Part shown: in pieces, positions 60,618 through 64,000 of the stretch
Numbering within the stretch: position 1 is the stretch's first letter
Layout of the letters: each line of letters starts with the position of its first letter
Assembly (NCBI GenBank): GCA_963809585.1
Contig: CAWEKL010000002.1
Coordinates: 46,050-110,049, forward strand
DNA: 64,000 nt
Direction: 5' to 3'
Source of the DNA: an uncultured Chloroflexia bacterium
Lineage (GTDB): Bacteria > Chloroflexota > Anaerolineae > Anaerolineales > Villigracilaceae
Position numbers and translations under genes: made by a program
Notes under the pieces: generated by a model
What the model saw: only the letters and a program-made list of their open reading frames with translations
Told to the model about the DNA's origin: nothing
Databases searched by the model: none

Positions 60618-61328
60618 TTAAAGCGGCATCTTGGCAGGGGTGCCGGGCTTGCGGGGATATTTCGGAGGGGTGGCGGCCGTCTTTTCCACCAGGATGAGAT
60701 AGCGGTCATCCACCACCCTGGGCAGGTTCACCGGCAGGATGTTCTTTAGTTTTCCCCCCAGGATCTTCATGGCATGTTCCGCGGCCTGCGCTTCCGCCGG
60801 GCCGCTTTCGCCTTTCTGCGCCAGCATCCTGCCCCCCACCTTCACCAGCGGCAGGAGATATTCGCTGAGCACATTCAGCTTGGCCACAGCCCGCGCGACA
60901 GCCCAGTCATACATCTCACGGTGACGGGGGTCCTGCCCAACTTCCTCGGCGCGCGCCTGGATGACCTCCACCCCCTCCAGCGCGAGCATGCGGGTGATGT
61001 GCTGGCAGAACATGGCCTTCTTCCCCACCGATTCGATCAGGGTCAAACGCAGGCCGGGATAGATGATCTTCAGCGGAATGCCCGGGAAGCCGGCGCCCGT
61101 GCCCACGTCCGCCATGCGCGCCGGCGGGGTGTTCTTCCATGCCAGCACACATGAAAAGGAATCCAGATAATGCTTGGTGCGGATGGACTCCTCGTCGCGG
61201 ATGGCGGTCAGGTTGAATTTCCGGTTCCAGTCCATCAGCTCGCGCTCATAGATTGAGAGTGCCTGCACCTGTCGTGGGCTGAGGCTGATATTGAAAAGCG
61301 CGTGGGCTTCCTGAGCGAGTTGTTCCAT
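60618..61328 (-). CDS. rsmG: 16S rRNA (guanine527-N7)-methyltransferase RsmG (GidB)
   Basis: WNRKFNLTAIRDEESIRTKHYLDS...VGTGAGFPGIPLKI...LTLIESVGKKAMF. The start at 61328 (MEQLAQEAH) is preferred over the ORF-track start. Confidence 0.9.
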   Translation of the reverse strand: MEQLAQEAHALFNISLSPRQVQALSIYERELMDWNRKFNLTAIRDEESIRTKHYLDSFSCVLAWKNTPPARMADVGTGAGFPGIPLKIIYPGLRLTLIESVGKKAMFCQHITRMLALEGVEVIQARAEEVGQDPRHREMYDWAVARAVAKLNVLSEYLLPLVKVGGRMLAQKGESGPAEAQAAEHAMKILGGKLKNILPVNLPRVVDDRYLILVEKTAATPPKYPRKPGTPAKMPL

Positions 61329-61350
61329 GGGAGAAATGATGATGCAAAGA

Positions 61351-61373
61351 GGGGCAGGCTTTTGGCCTGCCCC
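61351..61373 (-). terminator. Hairpin downstream of the DUF4349 gene
   Basis: GGGGCAGGC-TTTTG-GCCTGCCCC, a 9-bp perfect stem. On the minus strand it is followed by TCTTTGCAT. Confidence 0.5.
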
Positions 61374-61384
61374 ATTGAGTGATT

Positions 61385-62328
61385 CTACTTCTTGGCGGAT
61401 TCTTCGACGACAGGCTGCTTGACCTTCGGCTTGCGGAACCGGCGCACCAGCGCCCGTACGCCCAGGAAGATCAGATAGACCGGGATGGCGATCAGGATGA
61501 GCGCCGGCAGCACCAGCAGCACGAAGCGGATCATGAAGTCCACAAAGTCCTGGAAGAAGAAGACCAGCGACTGAATGGCATCGCGCGCCACGCCCTGGGG
61601 TTTCCATCCGGCGATCTCGATCGGCTGGATGCTCGCCTCGGCGATGATGTGCACGCTGACGGCGGAGAGCGCCGCGGATTGCTCGTAATATTTCATCTGC
61701 CCCTTGACGGTCTCGATCTGCCCGCGGATGGAGGACAACTGGTTGAAGACGTTGAGCACATCCTCCGTGGCTGTGGCATTCTCCATGATCTTGACCAACT
61801 GCGCTTCGGTAGCCTCAAGGTTGTTGAGCTGCGACTGGAGGTCCACATATTCCGCGGTCACATCCTGTCCCGACCTCGACTCGCTCTGGACCTCGACCAC
61901 ATCCGCCTTGATGCGGTCCAGGGCCTCGTCCAGCTTCTCAGCCGGGATGCGCATGACAACCTGGGCCTCGGGCGCCTCGCCGCCGTTCCGGGTGGAGGCC
62001 TGGTACTTGTTGGATGAGACGACGTAGCCGCCCATCTCCACGGCCATGGCTTCCAGCGCCTTCATGCGCGCTTCCACATCGGATACCACGATGGCAAGGT
62101 CCGCGTTCTGGATGACCAGACGCTCGATGGCCGCAGCCTCTCCGCCGCCCGCAGCGACCGGCGCTTGCGTAACCGGCTGTTCGGGAGCCGGCGCGAACGA
62201 TGGAGCGCCGCCAGCGTCCTGCGGACCTCCAAATCGGGGAGTTCAGGCTGCGGTTGTCTGCGGACGGCGCGCCACAGGCCGCCAGCAGCGCGGCCGCGAT
62301 CATGATAATGAACAACTAGGCGTTTCAT
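61385..62328 (-). CDS. DUF4349-like lipoprotein with C-terminal TM anchor (about 3 apparent frameshifts in the 5' third)
   Basis: The ATG at 62328 is preceded by GGAGGAG. The signal is MKRLVV/FIIMIAAALLAACG. Then comes ..AAIERLVIQNADLAIVVSDVEARMKALEAMAVEMGGYVVSS...RIPAEKLDEALDRIK with coiled-coil LNNLEATEAQLVKIME, ending in a TM plus a Lys-rich tail. Confidence 0.7.
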
Positions 62329-62393
62329 TTCTTTTCTCCTCCGGGATGACATCTTTCCATCCAGGGACGATCCACCCCGAGAAAATGTTCCCC

Positions 62394-63126
62394 CTACCAG
62401 CCCTCAGCCAGGCGCAGGGCATGTTTTTCAGGCAGGCTGGCAGCGCGGATGCGCTGCTGGACCTCAGTGATGGGATATTTGACGCGGTGCGGGGTCCATG
62501 TTTTGGCCTCGCTGTCATAAATGGCATATGCGGAGCGTGCGTCCCGGTCGCGCTGGCTGCCCGACCGAACCCGGGTTGAGGATCATGCGCGGCACCAGGG
62601 GCGTGCTCCGGTCTTCCTTGACCACGTCCAGCGTGATGCGGTCGTTCTCCTGGTCCAGTTTGAACAGGCACTGGATGTGTGAGTGCCCCACAAAACACAG
62701 GGGGGTGTCAAAGTGATCGAAATTGAGCCGGGCGGAAAGCGTATTGAGCACGTATTCCCACAGCGGGTCGCGCGGGCTTCCATGGGCAAGGGTCACCTCG
62801 CCCCGGACGCGTGTGCTTTGCGGGATGGAGCGCAGGAAGTCCATGTTGTCCGCGGTCAGGACATTCTCCGTCCACAGGAGTGACCGCCGGGCATCGCCGT
62901 TGAAGGTTTCGAAGGGCATGCGCCCGATCACGGCCACATCATGATTGCCAAGCAGGCAGGTGAGGTGGGGCAATTCGCGCATTTTCTCCACCACCAGGTT
63001 GGGGTCCGGGCCGTAGCCGATCAGATCTCCAAGGCACCAGATCTCATCCACCGCGCCGGCATCCGCCAGCACGGCCTCCAGGGCGCTGTAGTTCGAATGA
63101 ACATCAGAGATAACTAGGACCCGCAT
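62394..63126 (-). CDS. Metallophosphoesterase (YfcE/MJ0936-type), one apparent frameshift near 62540
   Basis: MRVLVISDVHSNYSALEAVL...CLGDLIGYGPDPN...GNHD...AHGSP..GHSH. After the frame change it reads NPGSVGQPRDRDARSAYAIYDSEAKTWTPHRVKYPITEVQQRIRAASLPEKHALRLAEGW, then TAG. Confidence 0.8.
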
Positions 63127-64000
63127 TAATCCTCCAGCAGCGCGGCGACATGTTCCATGAGGATCTCGGCGACTTCGGCCTTGCTCATCATGGGCAGGTC
63201 CACGCGCTGCCCGTTTGAGAATAGCAGGGTTACCCGGTTGGTGTCTCCAGCAAACCCCGCTCCTTTTTCAGAGATGTCATTGGCGGCGATGATGTCAAGG
63301 CCTTTCGACCTCAATTTTTCATCGGCATTTTCCAGCAGATCACGCGAACTCGGCGGCAAAACCGATCACCACCGGAGGGCGCATGCCCTGTTCGCCGGTC
63401 ACCGCTTTCAAGATGTCGGGGGTGGGCTCCAGCTCGATGGTGGGAACCCCATCCCGCTTCTTCATCTTATCGGCAGCAGCACGCTTCGGGCGGAAATCCG
63501 CCACCGCGGCGGTCATGATGAGAGCCGCGGCTCCCTTCAGTTCGGCCATCACCGCATCGCGCATCTGGAGAGCGGTCTGGACGTGGATCAGACGCGCGCC
63601 CACCGGCGCGGTCAGCGCGGTAGCGGTGCTGATCAGGCACACTTCCGCACCCAGGTCAATGGCGGCCTGCGCCACGGCATACCCCTGTTTGCCCGACGAG
63701 CGGTTGGTGAGCATACGCACAGGGTCCAGCGGTTCCTGTGTCCCTCCGGCGGTGACGATCACCTTTTTCCCGGCGAGTATTCCTGATTTTCCCAGGACCA
63801 CACGAATGTGACCGACCAGGTCCGCAGGCTCCAGCATGCGCCCGGTCCCCACCAGCCCAGAGGCGAGATGCCCCTCGGCCGGCCCGGCGACGTGGAAGCC
63901 GCGCTCCTTCAACACCTTCAGGTTCGCCTGGGTGGCAGCCGCCTGGTACATGCCGCCATCCATGGCCGGCGCGAGCAGGATCGGGCAGGTCACGGCCAGC
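63126..64000 (-). CDS. coaBC: Bifunctional phosphopantothenoylcysteine decarboxylase / phosphopantothenate-cysteine ligase, 5' end outside window (one apparent frameshift near 63350)
   Basis: ILLAPAMDGGMY...GHLASGLVGTGRMLEP is the end of the CoaC half. VIVTAGGTQEPLDPVRMLTNRSSGKQGYAVA...AAVADFRP...IAANDIS belongs to the CoaB half. Confidence 0.9.

Overview
This is a high-GC bacterial chromosomal segment. By hand count, sample lines of core genes are a little over 60% G+C, against under 40% in two small islands. The gene content is a T-box-controlled leuS, a giant CHAT/STAND/WD40 protein, NBR1-like and Pro/Thr-rich secreted proteins, a translin homologue and many PAS/GAF/GGDEF sensors. That suggests a Chloroflexota-like lineage, but this is inference only.

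Housekeeping genes present are gyrA, rpoC (with no adjacent rpoB), two tRNA-Ala, leuS, ssb, def, recF, rsmG and coaBC. Many of them (gyrA, rpoC, leuS, coaBC and others) are split into several ORF-track fragments by single-base frame changes. The homology continues straight across each break, so I read these as assembly indel errors and annotated the genes as single CDSs. No rRNA, CRISPR array or intact mobile element was seen.

The main accessory or unusual content:
1. A roughly 1600-aa CHAT protease / STAND NTPase / TM / 14x WD40 protein at 16.6-21.5 kb.
2. A ~150-217 nt conserved leader element in three direct copies (25955, 26570, 35166). Each precedes a different, strongly AT-rich cargo ORF: small multi-TM proteins or a beta-lactamase-family hydrolase. 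Two copies carry a near-consensus divergent promoter with a possible short sRNA. An IS3-like transposase remnant, a YD-repeat fragment and a Hint-domain lipoprotein lie nearby.
3. Two tandem small ORFs with repeated C-terminal VGW(N/E/H) motifs, immediately after a histidine-kinase/LuxR pair and before a GGDEF/HD-GYP protein.
4. A very tight ssb-DUF3467-translin-TM-DNPH1-like operon.
5. Large orphan proteins: a 763-aa protein with no recognisable domain, and a 736-aa methyltransferase-like protein with a Zn ribbon.

The repeated leader/cassette arrangement is my best candidate for an undescribed system. All functional readings of it are inference.
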